Assembly: GCA_951406725.2 (NCBI GenBank)
Contig: OX597815.1
Coordinates: 127,224,001 to 127,288,000 of the forward strand
Length of the DNA: 64,000 nucleotides
Origin: Octopus vulgaris
Lineage: Eukaryota
Reading direction: 5' to 3'
The position numbers and the translations under genes are program-made. Shown piece after piece: positions 43,860 through 55,708 of the stretch. Within the stretch, counting starts at the first letter, position 1. Each line of letters begins with the position of its first letter. Under the pieces are notes generated by a model that had not been told where the DNA came from, searched no databases, and saw only the letters and a program-made list of their open reading frames with translations.

Positions 43860-44950
43860 AGGTATCCTGCTTCCTTAGCTGGAGATAATGTGGAAGCTAG
43901 GGATAGATGAGTGGTTGGTGAGAGCTGTACAAGCCATATACAGGGATGTTGTCAATTAAGTGAGAAACACCAATGAGTATAGGAGCTTACTGTACAAGAA
44001 GGAGTTCACCAGAGATCAGTTTTTAGCTCCTTCTTGTTTGTCATAGTCCTCCAGGCTATAAGTGTGGAATTTAAGACTAGCTGCCTTTGGGAGCTTCTAT
44101 ATACGGATGACCTTGTTCTTATTGCTGAATCACTATCAAAAGTAGAGAAGATATTGCGGGTATGGAAGCACAGTCTGGAATCAAAGGGCCTTAGAGCTAA
44201 TTTAACAAAGACTAAAGTATTGATAAGTAGGAAAATCACAGATCCCTTCCGGTAGATGGCCCTGCTCAAGATTTAAAAAAGGTGTCAAGAGAAACTCCAT
44301 GCAGTGCACTCAGTACAAGCTATGGACACATAAGAGGTGCAGCAGTACCACTGGAAGACTAACAGAAAGTAGTCTTTACATGTGGAATATGTCAAGAATG
44401 TACATAAAACACACTCCTTCAAATGTCAGGGATGATACTCAGAAATGGCAGACAGTTTCTGTTACTTAGGTGACCAAGTTATTAGCTGGGGTGGTTGTTC
44501 CGAAAGTACACCAGCTCGAATAAGAATAGGTAGGATGAAGTTCATCATCATCATCATTGTTCGACCGTGGTCGAGACAATGGAATTTACCATGTTGCGCC
44601 AGACTTCATGGTCCATCATAGCATTACGGAGGTCCTGTTGCTGGATGCCTGTATCCCTGGAGATTACATCAGGGTAGGAGAGTGTGCGCCCTCTGGTGTT
44701 GCGAGTAGATGGCTTCCAGAGGAGAAGAGTAGAAATTACTTCTTTTTCAGCTCTACAACAATGTCCAGCAAACTGGACTCTCCTACCTTTCACAAGAGAT
44801 GACACAGGTGGTAATTTCCCATATATTTGCATTTTAGTTGGATGGCGCCTCCACGAGAGATTTTGAAGTTCAGGATGAAGTTCAGAGCTACTACCTCAGA
44901 GTGAAAGGCAGATTGCATGACTCCTGTGTACAAACAACTATGCTAAATGG
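43860..44950 (+). mobile_element. RTE LINE RT fragment (host of a nested insertion)
   Basis: LWELLYTDDLVLIAESL..ESKGLRANLTKTKVL. Confidence 0.85.
44545..44871 (-). mobile_element. 5'-truncated LINE (RTE-like) 3' end with 13-bp TSD
   Basis: aggatgaagttca at 44532..44544 and 44872..44884; RRVQFAGHCCRA C-terminus; (TGA)n tail. Confidence 0.88.
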
Positions 44951-44997
44951 TATATATCCATGTGTGTGAGTGTATATATATATATATATATATGTAT

Positions 44998-45382
44998 GGA
45001 TGGAAGCACTCCGTCAGTTACGACGATGAGGGTTCCGGTTGATCCGAATCAATGGAACAGCCTGCTCGTGAAATTAACGTGTAAGTGGCTGAGCACTCCA
45101 CAGACATGTGTACCCTTAACGTAGTTCTCGGGGATATTCAGCGTGACACAGGGAGTGAAAAGGCCGGCCCTTTGAAATACAGGTACAACAGAAAGAGGAA
45201 GTAAGAGTGAGAGAAAGTTGTGGTGAAAGAGTACAGCAGGGATCACCACCATCCCCTGCCGGAGCCTCGTGGAGCTTTAGGTGTTTTCTCTCAATAAACA
45301 CTCACAACACTTGGTCTGGGAATCGAAACCCGATCCTATGACCGCGAGTCCGCTGCCCTAACCACTGGGCCATTGCGCCTCC
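44998..45382 (-). mobile_element. tRNA-Arg-derived SINE
   Basis: - strand ggaggcgcaatggcccagtggttagggcagcggacTCGcggtc (TCG anticodon position). Confidence 0.9.
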
Positions 45383-45391
45383 ACATATATG

Positions 45392-45474
<83 letters not shown>

Positions 45475-45527
45475 ATATATATATATGTGTGTATATATAT
45501 ATATATGTGTGTATATATATATATATG

Positions 45528-45565
<38 letters not shown>

Positions 45566-45740
45566 ATAAATATTAGGGAATAAATCCAAATTTACAGGGA
45601 AAAAAATCAGATTTAGGATTAAATCCAATTTTATAGTAAAATATTATAAAATATTATTAGAGACAAAACCACTATTTTGCAAAACAAACAAGGAAAGACT
45701 TAATCAATACATAAAATTTTAATAAATAGTAAAAAAAACG

Positions 45741-45783
45741 CCACTACAATTGTTTCTTGTCTTGATCGACAATCTTCAGGTGG
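45741..45783 (-). ncRNA. Minimal type I hammerhead ribozyme, canonical core
   Basis: ccac-CUGAAGA-uuguc gaucaa gacaa-GAAA-caauug-UA-gugg: all three stems pair, stem III palindromic, GUA cleavage triplet. Confidence 0.82.
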
Positions 45784-46221
45784 ACTTCCAATCTAAAATA
45801 TCAATATTTTAAAATATAAAAATAATAATTTTAAAATAATTAAAGTATGAATGAAAAAATATAAATATATAATCCATATATAACCTATATATAATCCATA
45901 TATAATCAATATATAAACAATATATAAACTAAAATAAACCTATCAACAATTAAATATAAAATATAAAATATAAAATATAAAATATAAAACAAAACAAAAA
46001 AATAATAATAATATAATAATAAACTATATATACACCCATACACATATACCTAATTATATATAACCATATCTAACTACATACACTAAATCACACACCTATA
46101 TATATATCCCTATACATACACATAAAAACGTCTAGGCAACTATAAATAAATAAAATAGCTAAATACTTCAACACAATACTTATTCATACTCCCACACACA
46201 CACACATACAACCCACATTCA

Positions 46222-47330
46222 CGCCCTAGAAAACGGACATCACTTAAAATTATGAACGGAGAAATGGAATAAATGGAATTAAAAATTATATTCACTTGGT
46301 AAAACGAACACTACTTAAAAATTATGAATGAAACAATGCAATAAAACAACAGACATCGCAAATAGACACAAATTACTACGAATTCCTTAACAAACCTACC
46401 ATGATAACCAAAACTCATAAAAACATATAATAATAAATTCTCCCTTTACTAAACTCTATAACATACCTATATAGCAATCCCCCTAACCTAAACATTCACA
46501 CACAAATACACACACATAAACCACACACCCACGACATATACAAATACCCACACCACTTACACATACCTATACATACATATAAACCTCAACATATACTCCA
46601 AAAACCCACTCAACCCCACACAGACAAATAAACACAAAAATTATGAATGGATTCTTTTATAAAACTACCATGATAAGCTAAAACTCACAAAACATAAATG
46701 ATAAAACCTCCCTTTACTAAACACTATAACATACTTATATAGCAATCCCTTTAACCTATACATTCACACACAAATACACACACGTAAACCACACACCCAT
46801 AACAAATACAAACACCCACCCCACTCACACACACCCACAAGTACATATAAGCCTCAACATATACACCAAACAAAATTACTTTACCAAGGAACTTAACATA
46901 TGTATAAAAAATATATAACCGCTCTGGAAACGAACATCTTTAAAATAATGAATGGAGAAATGGAATAAATGGAATTAAAAATAATATTCACGTGGCAAAA
47001 CGAACACCACTCAAAAATTATGAATGAAACAATGTAATAAAACAACCAACATCGAAAATAGACAAATTACCACGAATTCCCTAAAAAAAACCATGATAAA
47101 CCAAAACTCTTAAAAACATATAACAATAAAATCTCCCTTTGCTAAACTCTATAACAAACCTATATAGCAATCCCCCTAACCTAAACATTCACACACAAAA
47201 AAACACACACGTAAACCACAGACCCACAACTTATACACATACCTATACTAACTTATAAACCTCAATATACACCAAAAACCCACTCCCTCCCCACACAGAC
47301 AAATTAACACATACATCCCAAAACCTAAAT
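46222..47330. repeat. Nested tandem duplication in a strongly G-poor (+ strand) non-coding block
   Basis: ~700-bp period (46222 vs 46920); a ~230-bp subunit ccatgataa..ctccctttactaaa..tatatagcaatccc recurs at ~46397, 46665 and 47090. Confidence 0.85.
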
Positions 47331-47702
47331 AACAAGAGGGGGTACACGTATATGCCGTGCGCGTGTACCCCCTGCATTTATACCCGTGCGTGAATATACA
47401 CATGGAGACTACCACACAGGTACAAATGTGTATAGTATTGGGAGCCCCATCACTACACTTAATGTATACTCTCACCCATCCGCACGGATGTGAAAGCGAA
47501 TCTCCGGTGTATATGTTGAGGTTTATATGTAGCGCTGTGGAGGTGAACGTCGTTGAAATTGTGAATGAATGGGTGGAGTTGGGAATTGTAACCGGGTGGT
47601 GGGCTAGCGTTGCTTGGAATTGGGAATGGAATAGTGTAGTAGTAAGGCAGGCATCGAGAATAGTTTTGGGTTACTGCAAGTTGTTTGTTAGAGCTGCTAA
47701 TG

Positions 47703-49912
47703 TATTTACTACCAGGTGCCCAGCACAAAAGACGAATTAGTCATAAGACAAAAATATTATTCATATAGAAAAATATTATTCATGTAGTTATACAATTAAG
47801 GGCTCCTAAATAAAGATGCCGAGTGCTGGGAACACAAAAAGGGGATGAATTTATCGAGAGTGAAAATCAAAAACGTTTACCGATAAACTTTAACAACTCG
47901 TACCGCGGTTTCTGCTTCTTTCTAGCAAAACACAGAATATGTTTGCTAAGGCCAGCTTCATCAGCGAGTCGCCTAAATTTAATCGAGGTCTGCAGCGATG
48001 TGGGGCTATGTGTTGAACCCGACTACTAGCAGATCTTAACTTTTCAAATCTCTGCGCAGACGCAAAATTTACACGGGCATGCCGGGAAGAATTTTACGAA
48101 TCAATCCATCATGTAGTATGCGAATATAAACAAGAAGGGTAGTAATATTATTTACTACCAGGTGCCCAGCACAAAAGACGAATTAGTCATAAGACAAAAA
48201 TATTATTCATATAGAAAAATATTATTCATGTAGTTATACAATTAAGGGCTCCTAAATAAAGATGCCGAGTGCTGGGAACACAAAAAGGGGATGAATTTAT
48301 CGAGAGTGAAAATCAAAAACGTTTACCGATAAACTTTAACAACTCGTACCGCGGTTTCTGCTTCTTTCTAGCAAAACACAGAATATGTTTGCTAAGGCCA
48401 GCTTCATCAGCGAGTCGCCTAAATTTAATCGAGGTCTGCAGCGATGTGGGGCTATGTGTTGAACCCGACTACTAGCAGATCTTAACTTTTCAAATCTCTG
48501 CGCAGACGCAAAATTTACACGGGCATGCCGGGAAGAATTTTACGAATCAATCCATCATGTAGTATGCGAATATATATAAGAAGGGTAGTAATATTATTTA
48601 CTACCAGGTGCCCAGCACAAAAGACGAATTAGTCATAAGACAAAAATATTATTCATATAGAAAAATATTATTCATGTAGTTATACAATTAAGGGCTCCTA
48701 AATAAAGATGCCGAGTGCTGGGAACACAAAAAGGGGATGAATTTATCGAGAGTGAAAATCAAAAACGTTTACCGATAAACTTTAACAACTCGTACCGCGG
48801 TTTCTGCTTCTTTCTAGCAAAACACAGAATATGTTTGCTAAGGCCAGCTTCATCAGCGAGTCGCCTAAATTTAATCGAGGTCTGCAGCGATGTGGGGCTA
48901 TGTGTTGAACCCGACTACTAGCAGATCTTAACTTTTCAAATCTCTGCGCAGACGCAAAATTTACACGGGCATGCCGGGAAGAATTTTACGAATCAATCCA
49001 TCATGTAGTATGCGAATATAAACAAGAAGGGTAGTAATATTATTTACTACCAGGTGCCCAGCACAAAAGACGAATTAGTCATAAGACAAAAATATTATTC
49101 ACATAGAAAAATATTATTCATGTAGTTATACAATTAAGGGCTCCTAAATAAAGATGCTGAGTGCTGGGAACACAAAAAGGGGATGAATTTATCGAGAGTG
49201 AAAATCAAAAACGTTTACCGATAAACTTTAACAACTCGTACCCCGGTTTCTGCTTCTTTCTAGCAAAACACAGAATATGTTTGCTAAGGCCAGCTTCATC
49301 AGCGAGTCGCCTAAATTTAATCGAGGTCTGCAGCGATGTGGGGCTATGTGTTGAACCCGACTACTAGCAGATCTTAACTTTTCAAATCTCTGCGCAGACG
49401 CAAAATTTACACGGGCATGCCGGGAAGAATTTTACGAATCAATCCATCATGTAGTATGCGAATATAAACAAGAAGGGTAGTAATATTATTTACTACCAGG
49501 TGCCCAGCACAAAAGACGAATTAGTCATAAGACAAAAATATTATTCATATAGAAAAATATTATTCATGTAGTTATACAATTAAGGGCTCCTAAATAAAGA
49601 TGCCGAGTGCTGGGAACACAAAAAGGGGATGAATTTATCGAGAGTGAAAATCAAAAACGTTTACCGATAAACTTTAACAACTCGTACCGCGGTTTCTGCT
49701 TCTTTCTAGCAAAACACAGAATATGTTTGCTAAGGCCAGCTTCATCAGCGAGTCGCCTAAATTTAATCGAGGTCTGCAGCGATGTGGGGCTATGTGTTGA
49801 ACCCGACTACTAGCAGATCTTAACTTTTCAAATCTCTGCGCAGACGCAAAATTTACACGGGCATGCCGGGAAGAATTTTACGAATCAATCCATCATGTAG
49901 TATGCGAATATA
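47703..49912 (-). mobile_element. Tandem array of ~5 x 446-bp units, each with a hammerhead motif (candidate retrozyme / PLE-derived pseudo-LTR array)
   Basis: Exact 446-bp period; only a handful of differences between copies; hammerhead fold at 47892..47973 and +446n; ends in (TA)n. Confidence 0.85.
47892..47973 (-). ncRNA. Type I hammerhead motif of array unit 1 (also 48338..48419, 48784..48865, 49230..49311, 49676..49757)
   Basis: ggcgacucg-CUGAUGA-a-gcu..uagcaaacaua uuc uguguuuugcua..agc-a-GAAA-ccgcgg-UA-cgaguuguu; predicted cut between 47901 and 47900. Confidence 0.78.
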
Positions 49913-49942
49913 TATATGTGTGTGTGTGTGTGTGTATGTATG

Positions 49943-50298
49943 TACTCTTTTACTCTTTTACTTGTTTCAGTCATTTGACTGCGGCCATGCTGGAGCACCA
50001 CCTTTTAGTACTTATTCTATCGGTCTCTTTTTGCCGAACCGCTAAGTGACGGGGACATAAACACACCAGCATCGGTTGTCAAGCAATGCTAGGGGGGACA
50101 AGCACAGACGCACAAACACACATATACATATATACGACAGGCTTCTTTCAGTTTCCGTCTACCAAATCCACCCACAAGGCATTGGTCGGCCCGGGGCTAT
50201 AGCAGAAGACACTTGCCCAAGATGCCACGCAGTGGGACTGAACCCGCAACCGTGTGGTTGATTAGCAAGCTACTTACCACACAGCCACTCCTGCGCCT
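49943..50298 (-). mobile_element. tRNA-derived SINE (resembles octopus OK-type family), near full length
   Basis: - strand aggcgcaggagtggctgtgtggtaag..gggttcagtccc; (aaaagagt)n tail. Confidence 0.88.
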
Positions 50299-50305
50299 AT
50301 GTATG

Positions 50306-50407
<102 letters not shown>

Positions 50408-50514
50408 GAAGGATAAAATTTTTTTCGAAAAAAATATATTCTTTTCCCCCAAAAATTTTATCAATGGCCAGCATATCAAAAAATACCATTAAAGGTTAAA
50501 GCTATAAACAATTC

Positions 50515-50664
50515 ATAATTAAGGGCAAACGAAAAAATTTCTAATACCAGATGTGCCGAAAAATTGGACATATTGTCCTAAAAAAATTATATGATTAATG
50601 GACAATATGTCCAATTTTTCGGCATATCTGGCATTAGAAGTTTTCTCGTTTGCCCCTTAATTAT
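50515..50664. repeat. Fold-back with ~64-bp arms between (TA)n tracts
   Basis: ataattaagggcaaacg..gccgaaaaattggacatattgtcc / ggacaatatgtccaatttttcggc..cgtttgccccttaattat. Confidence 0.9.
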
Positions 50665-50670
50665 AATGTT

Positions 50671-50727
<57 letters not shown>

Positions 50728-50732
50728 GAGTG

Positions 50733-50849
50733 TTGTATAACTACATGAATAATATTTTTCTATATGAATAATATTTTTGTCTTATGACTAATTCGTCTTT
50801 TGTGCTGGGCACCTGGTAGTAAATAATATTACTACCCTTGTTCATATTC

Positions 50850-50850
<1 letters not shown>
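50733..50850 (+). repeat. Inverted partial copy (~118 bp) of the 446-bp unit
   Basis: Reverse complement of cgaatat..gggtagtaatattatttactacc..gtagttatacaa. Confidence 0.92.
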
Positions 50851-50903
<53 letters not shown>

Positions 50904-51041
50904 CGGAGATGTACTCGCATAGCAAGTAATTTGATCTGAGATCGTGTGCTGAAACGAAAACAATTGCAGCGTGGAAGGTGTTTATAAGCCATTTAAGAAA
51001 CACACAAAAGCCGTTCGATTCACTTCAACATTTAAGTTTAA

Positions 51042-51091
51042 TTTATCAAAATATTTTCGTCGCTAAAATCCGCGACCTGTTCACTGACAAA
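51042..51091 (-). ncRNA. Type I hammerhead fold with G3-C8 swapped core
   Basis: uuuguca-GUGAACA-g-gucgc ggauuuua gcgac-GAAA-auau-UU-ugauaaa. Confidence 0.62.
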
Positions 51092-52098
51092 GTCCGTGCT
51101 GCATCTAAGAAAGTAACATTTAGTTCGTCATATATATGTACGTATGTATGTGTGTATGTATGCATACATGTGTGTATGTATGTACGTATGCATGTACGCA
51201 CATACGCCTGTGTATGTATGTATGTATGTATATATGTATGTATGTATATATGTATGTGTGTGTATATGCACGCACATACACTCTATAAAACATAAAGCTA
51301 TAAACCTGTAGCGATGGATGGACGTAGAGTGACCACTCATCACAACGCTATCAAATTTCAACTTCCTACGGCCGAAGCTAGAAAGTGAATTTATGACACT
51401 TGCTCCCAAAACTATACCCTAAAATCTAGTATCAGATTTTTATCTCTATATCACAGAACTAAAGTTTTACTATTGTGCGTATGTATGTATGTATGTGCGT
51501 ATGTATGTATGTATGTATGTATGTATGTGTGTATGTATGTGTGTATGTACATACGTATTTATATATATATATATATATTTATCTATATATATAAACAGAG
51601 AGAGAGAGAGAGAGAGAGAAAGTAATAACTAGTGAATGGAGAATAATGACAGAAGGGTTAAAAAAAGCGTAAAAATAATTGAAGATAAAATGAAACAAAA
51701 ATGAAGCCAAAACATTAAGACTTATTGAAAGTGGGTAGAAAAAATACTTCGTAGTGTAGTAGTACTACACTAGGATATCTGTAGATAGTTGAATGTGATT
51801 TCGGAATATAACAAGGAAAAATTCAGAACTTGTGAATTTTCTGAAATCCTCTACCCACTCCCTTGGAAACAATTTTCTCCACAAATCAATATCTATAAAT
51901 CTGAAATGCGAAAACTCTGTTTGTTTGTCTGGTTTTGGCATTGGAACGGGTTAAAGAGCACTAGATCCCGCCAGATTCGCTCCAAAATTTACAGGGACAT
52001 GTAAAAAGAGGCGTGAATGTGAGTGGGCTAGGTTAGAAATCCCTAGCTCAAAAGCTGTGGTTACTAGGGGAAAAGAACCCACACTTTGACAAGTGTTT

Positions 52099-52590
52099 GT
52101 CGTTTCTCCCTTTCTCCTATCTGCCTGTCTTCCTCCGTCTCTCTCTCTCTTTCCTCCCTTCCCTTCACTTTCTCTCTATAACGGCATGTGACAGCTTCTA
52201 CTATCTTTCCCCCGCCGTCTTTGCCAGCACTGTCACTCTTTCTTCCACATTCTTTCACTCTCTCTCTCTACGTCTGTCTGCATTCATAGAGAGAATTATT
52301 ATCGCCACTACCACCACACAATCATGAGAACAAATATTATGAATAGTCGTTTCTCTGTTTCACATATCTGCCTCTCTTCCTCTGTCTCTCTCTCTCTCTC
52401 TTTCTTCCCTTCCCTCCACGTTTGATCTATAACGACATTTGACAGCTTCCGCTCTCTTTCGCCCGCCACCTTCACCAGCTCTGTCACTCTTTCTCCCACC
52501 TCACTCTCTCTCTCTGTACGTCTGTCTGCATTCATAGAGAAAATTATTATCGCCACCACCACCACACAATCATGAGAACAAATATTATAT
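52099..52590. repeat. Two tandem ~248-bp copies, following a Helitron-like 5' end at ~51890
   Basis: cgtctgtctgcattcatagaga.aattattatcgccac.accaccacacaatcatgagaacaaatattat present twice. Confidence 0.85.
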
Positions 52591-52846
52591 TATGAATCAG
52601 ATATTTATTGGGTTAATTTATATATGTGTGTGTGTGTGTATCTATATATAAATATGTATATATAATGTATACATATAAAGTGTATATATATCTCTATTTA
52701 TATATATATATATATACATGTGTATGAGTGTGTGTGTATATATGTATATATATATAATTTGTATACATTTATATATATAATGCATACACACACACATATA
52801 ATGCACATATATGTACATATGTATATTTAATGCGTATATATATATA

Positions 52847-52896
<50 letters not shown>

Positions 52897-54606
52897 GTGT
52901 GCATTATGTGGTCGGTTGAGCTGAAAATATGCACACCTATGTTAAAAGTGCTGGCGAGTTTGCATGGCAACTATTTTTTTCCTGAAATGAAAGGCATGAC
53001 TTCTAGAACAAAATACCTCATCTTTTAAAATGTGGCCCAAGTAGACCCAAATGAAATCGGGTTATATTAACCAAAATGTGTAAAGGGGTCTAAATGGGGC
53101 TGGAAGGGGAATAAAATTTACAAGAGCAGCTGTTTAGGAATTCTCTGTTACATCAAGCTAAAAAATTTGTGCCAGCCTTTTAATCGTCAATGTGTTGCCG
53201 TCTGTCATGAAGAAGTTTTGAATGCCTGCCATGGTGAGTCTACTGTTGTGAGAAAGAATCACTTCAAAATTTATTGTTTAGGAATTTTCTTTTACATCAA
53301 GTTCTGCCAGCCATGAAACTGCCAGTACGTTGCTGTCCGTCGTTAAGGAAAGCCAGCCATGGCAAGTCTACTATCCTCAGATTCTATCCCTTCAAATTTT
53401 GGTTTTTAAAATTTTTATTCAGCTTGCAAGTTCATCTGTCCCTTTTAAATGTTAATGTTTTGCTGTCTGCCTTGAAACAGATATTTCCGTTGTCAGTACC
53501 TGATAGTTATGATTGATCTTTCAAAATATTTTCTTTCTCAACTTACTCAAGATCTTTTGTTCTTTATAAATGGGAGAGAGATAGATGGAGAAAGATAGAG
53601 AGTAAGAGAAAGCGAGGGAGAGTCTGAGAGAAAGGAAGAGTAAGAGAGTGGGAAAGTGAGAGAAGAAAGGAGAGAGAAACAAAGAGGGAGAATGTGGTGA
53701 TAAGAAACAGAAAATAACAACCACACACTCACCCACATGTAGAGCAGGTCACCTTCAGCTAGTTTCTTTATAATTGTGATGTATGCCATTTGCAAGGTAT
53801 TTCTATAAAATTTCATTGAAAAAAAAACCATTTAAATACTGAAAGAAGTGGGGATCTATTCAGTTTCGCTCACAGATTTTTAAAATTATTTTTTTTCCAA
53901 CTAAACAGTTTGAAACTTCATATACTGGTGTAATTTCTCATGCTGAATACGGTTTACTTTCAACATTTTTGGCAAAATTTTGCATTTTAGAAGTTATTTC
54001 ATCTTAAAGTTGTCGTATTTAGGTAATTTTAACCAATCAACATGTATTCAGTTGAAGAAAGCTATTGCTGTTTGGGATAATAATCAAAGAACAACTTCTG
54101 AGTCATCTTTGCTAAATGTCCTTACTCTGTTCTATTCATATGTCCAGCAAAGGGAAAGTGTTACTCCTTGGTCATAGCTGACACAAAAGAGAAGATTTCA
54201 GCAGCAAGAAAGACGATGCCATCTTTATCCTTTCTTCTTTTCTAGTCAACACCGTGCATTCCTTACTCTTTCCTTCTCTACTGGCAGACAGTAGGTGATA
54301 GGGAAGGCTTGACAATGACTCATCGGCAAGGGACCCAGTTGTATATACACATTGTGTTCTAGAACTTCAGTCTCACCATGATGGACAGGTCTTATTGAGT
54401 ACTGTGCTCTGCCAGTAATCTCAGCTCTTGGTTATCTCATCCACGAGGACCAAAATCCTAAAGTCAACCTTTACTAATTTATTCCAAGTCTTTCTGTGTC
54501 TTCCTCTTCTGCAAACTCCATGTAGCTGTGTATACTGATTTATCAGTGATATATGAATAAAAACAATAATAATGATAGAATACATAGTTACTTTTTTTTA
54601 AATAAA

Positions 54607-54612
54607 TTTATT
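54607..54612 (-). terminator. Candidate polyadenylation signal of gene B
   Basis: AATAAA on - strand ~1.1 kb after the stop, at the end of a largely transposon-free AT-rich stretch. Confidence 0.4.
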
Positions 54613-55292
54613 TTTGAAACAATTTTCAGGATATATAAAAATTTTTGTTATATATTCTATTTACAAACTTAACACGCAATCAAAATTCTTATCAGTTCTT
54701 TACACTGCTGATATAAAAAATGCTGCTTTGCTGAGTCTATAATGTGTTAGACTATCTATCAAAAGACTGATAATTAATATACCATCACCAGCCATATATA
54801 TTGCCAAGATTATTAACCTGTAAATGGCTGACTTAGTCATTTTATTTAGAAACTGGTATTATGGCGTTATTACAGTACATCATAGTAAGTAAGAATAATA
54901 TTAAGTAATTAATATTAAGAGCTCTTTTAGCTTGCAATTCTCAGTTCAGATCTTCAAAACAGCCTCAAGATAACTTGTAACTGTTTAGAACAAAGTACAT
55001 TTCCTTCTCAGTCAGCTTTGACAAGGGAACTGATACAGATGAAGTTCAGCCTGTTTTGGCCATTGTATAGTAGACAATTCCATGATAAACTTAAAATAAC
55101 ACATAGCTAAAAAAGTCATGCTTGTCTCTCAGGATAAGATGTTGACTTAAAGGTTGAATAACTTCAATATATTACACTATTTAAAGATATTTTAACAACT
55201 ACGAAAAGCTTTTGAATAATTATAATTACAATTTTATTTGATATTATAACAAAAAATCATATATATGTGTGTGTGTGTATATATATATATAT

Positions 55293-55334
<42 letters not shown>

Positions 55335-55483
55335 ACACACATACATATATATACATATATATATATACACACACACATATATATGTAACATATATATATA
55401 TATTCATACATATATATATACATACATATATATATTTATATACATACATATATGTATATATATATATGAATGGGTATATACAT

Positions 55484-55517
<34 letters not shown>

Positions 55518-55708
55518 GCATATATATATATATATATGCATATATATGCACAGATATTCACACACAAAATATACACATACAAATGCACGAATATATTTAT
55601 CCAATATGTGTTTGATTTGGATGAAATGTTCAAAATCAAAAACATTAACTATTGATAGGATTTATTAATTTTCTTTTACATTCACAAGTAAATATAATAT
55701 TTAGCTTG

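Noticed and set aside
47823-49813. Five copies of a 68-aa ORF as a tandem gene family
   Set aside because: GTG start, no recognisable motif, and simply a by-product of the 446-bp repeat; the structured signal is on the opposite strand
47703-49912. CRISPR array or rDNA/snRNA tandem cluster
   Set aside because: No repeat-spacer alternation (whole units are identical), eukaryotic context, and no 5S, tRNA or snRNA sequence recognisable
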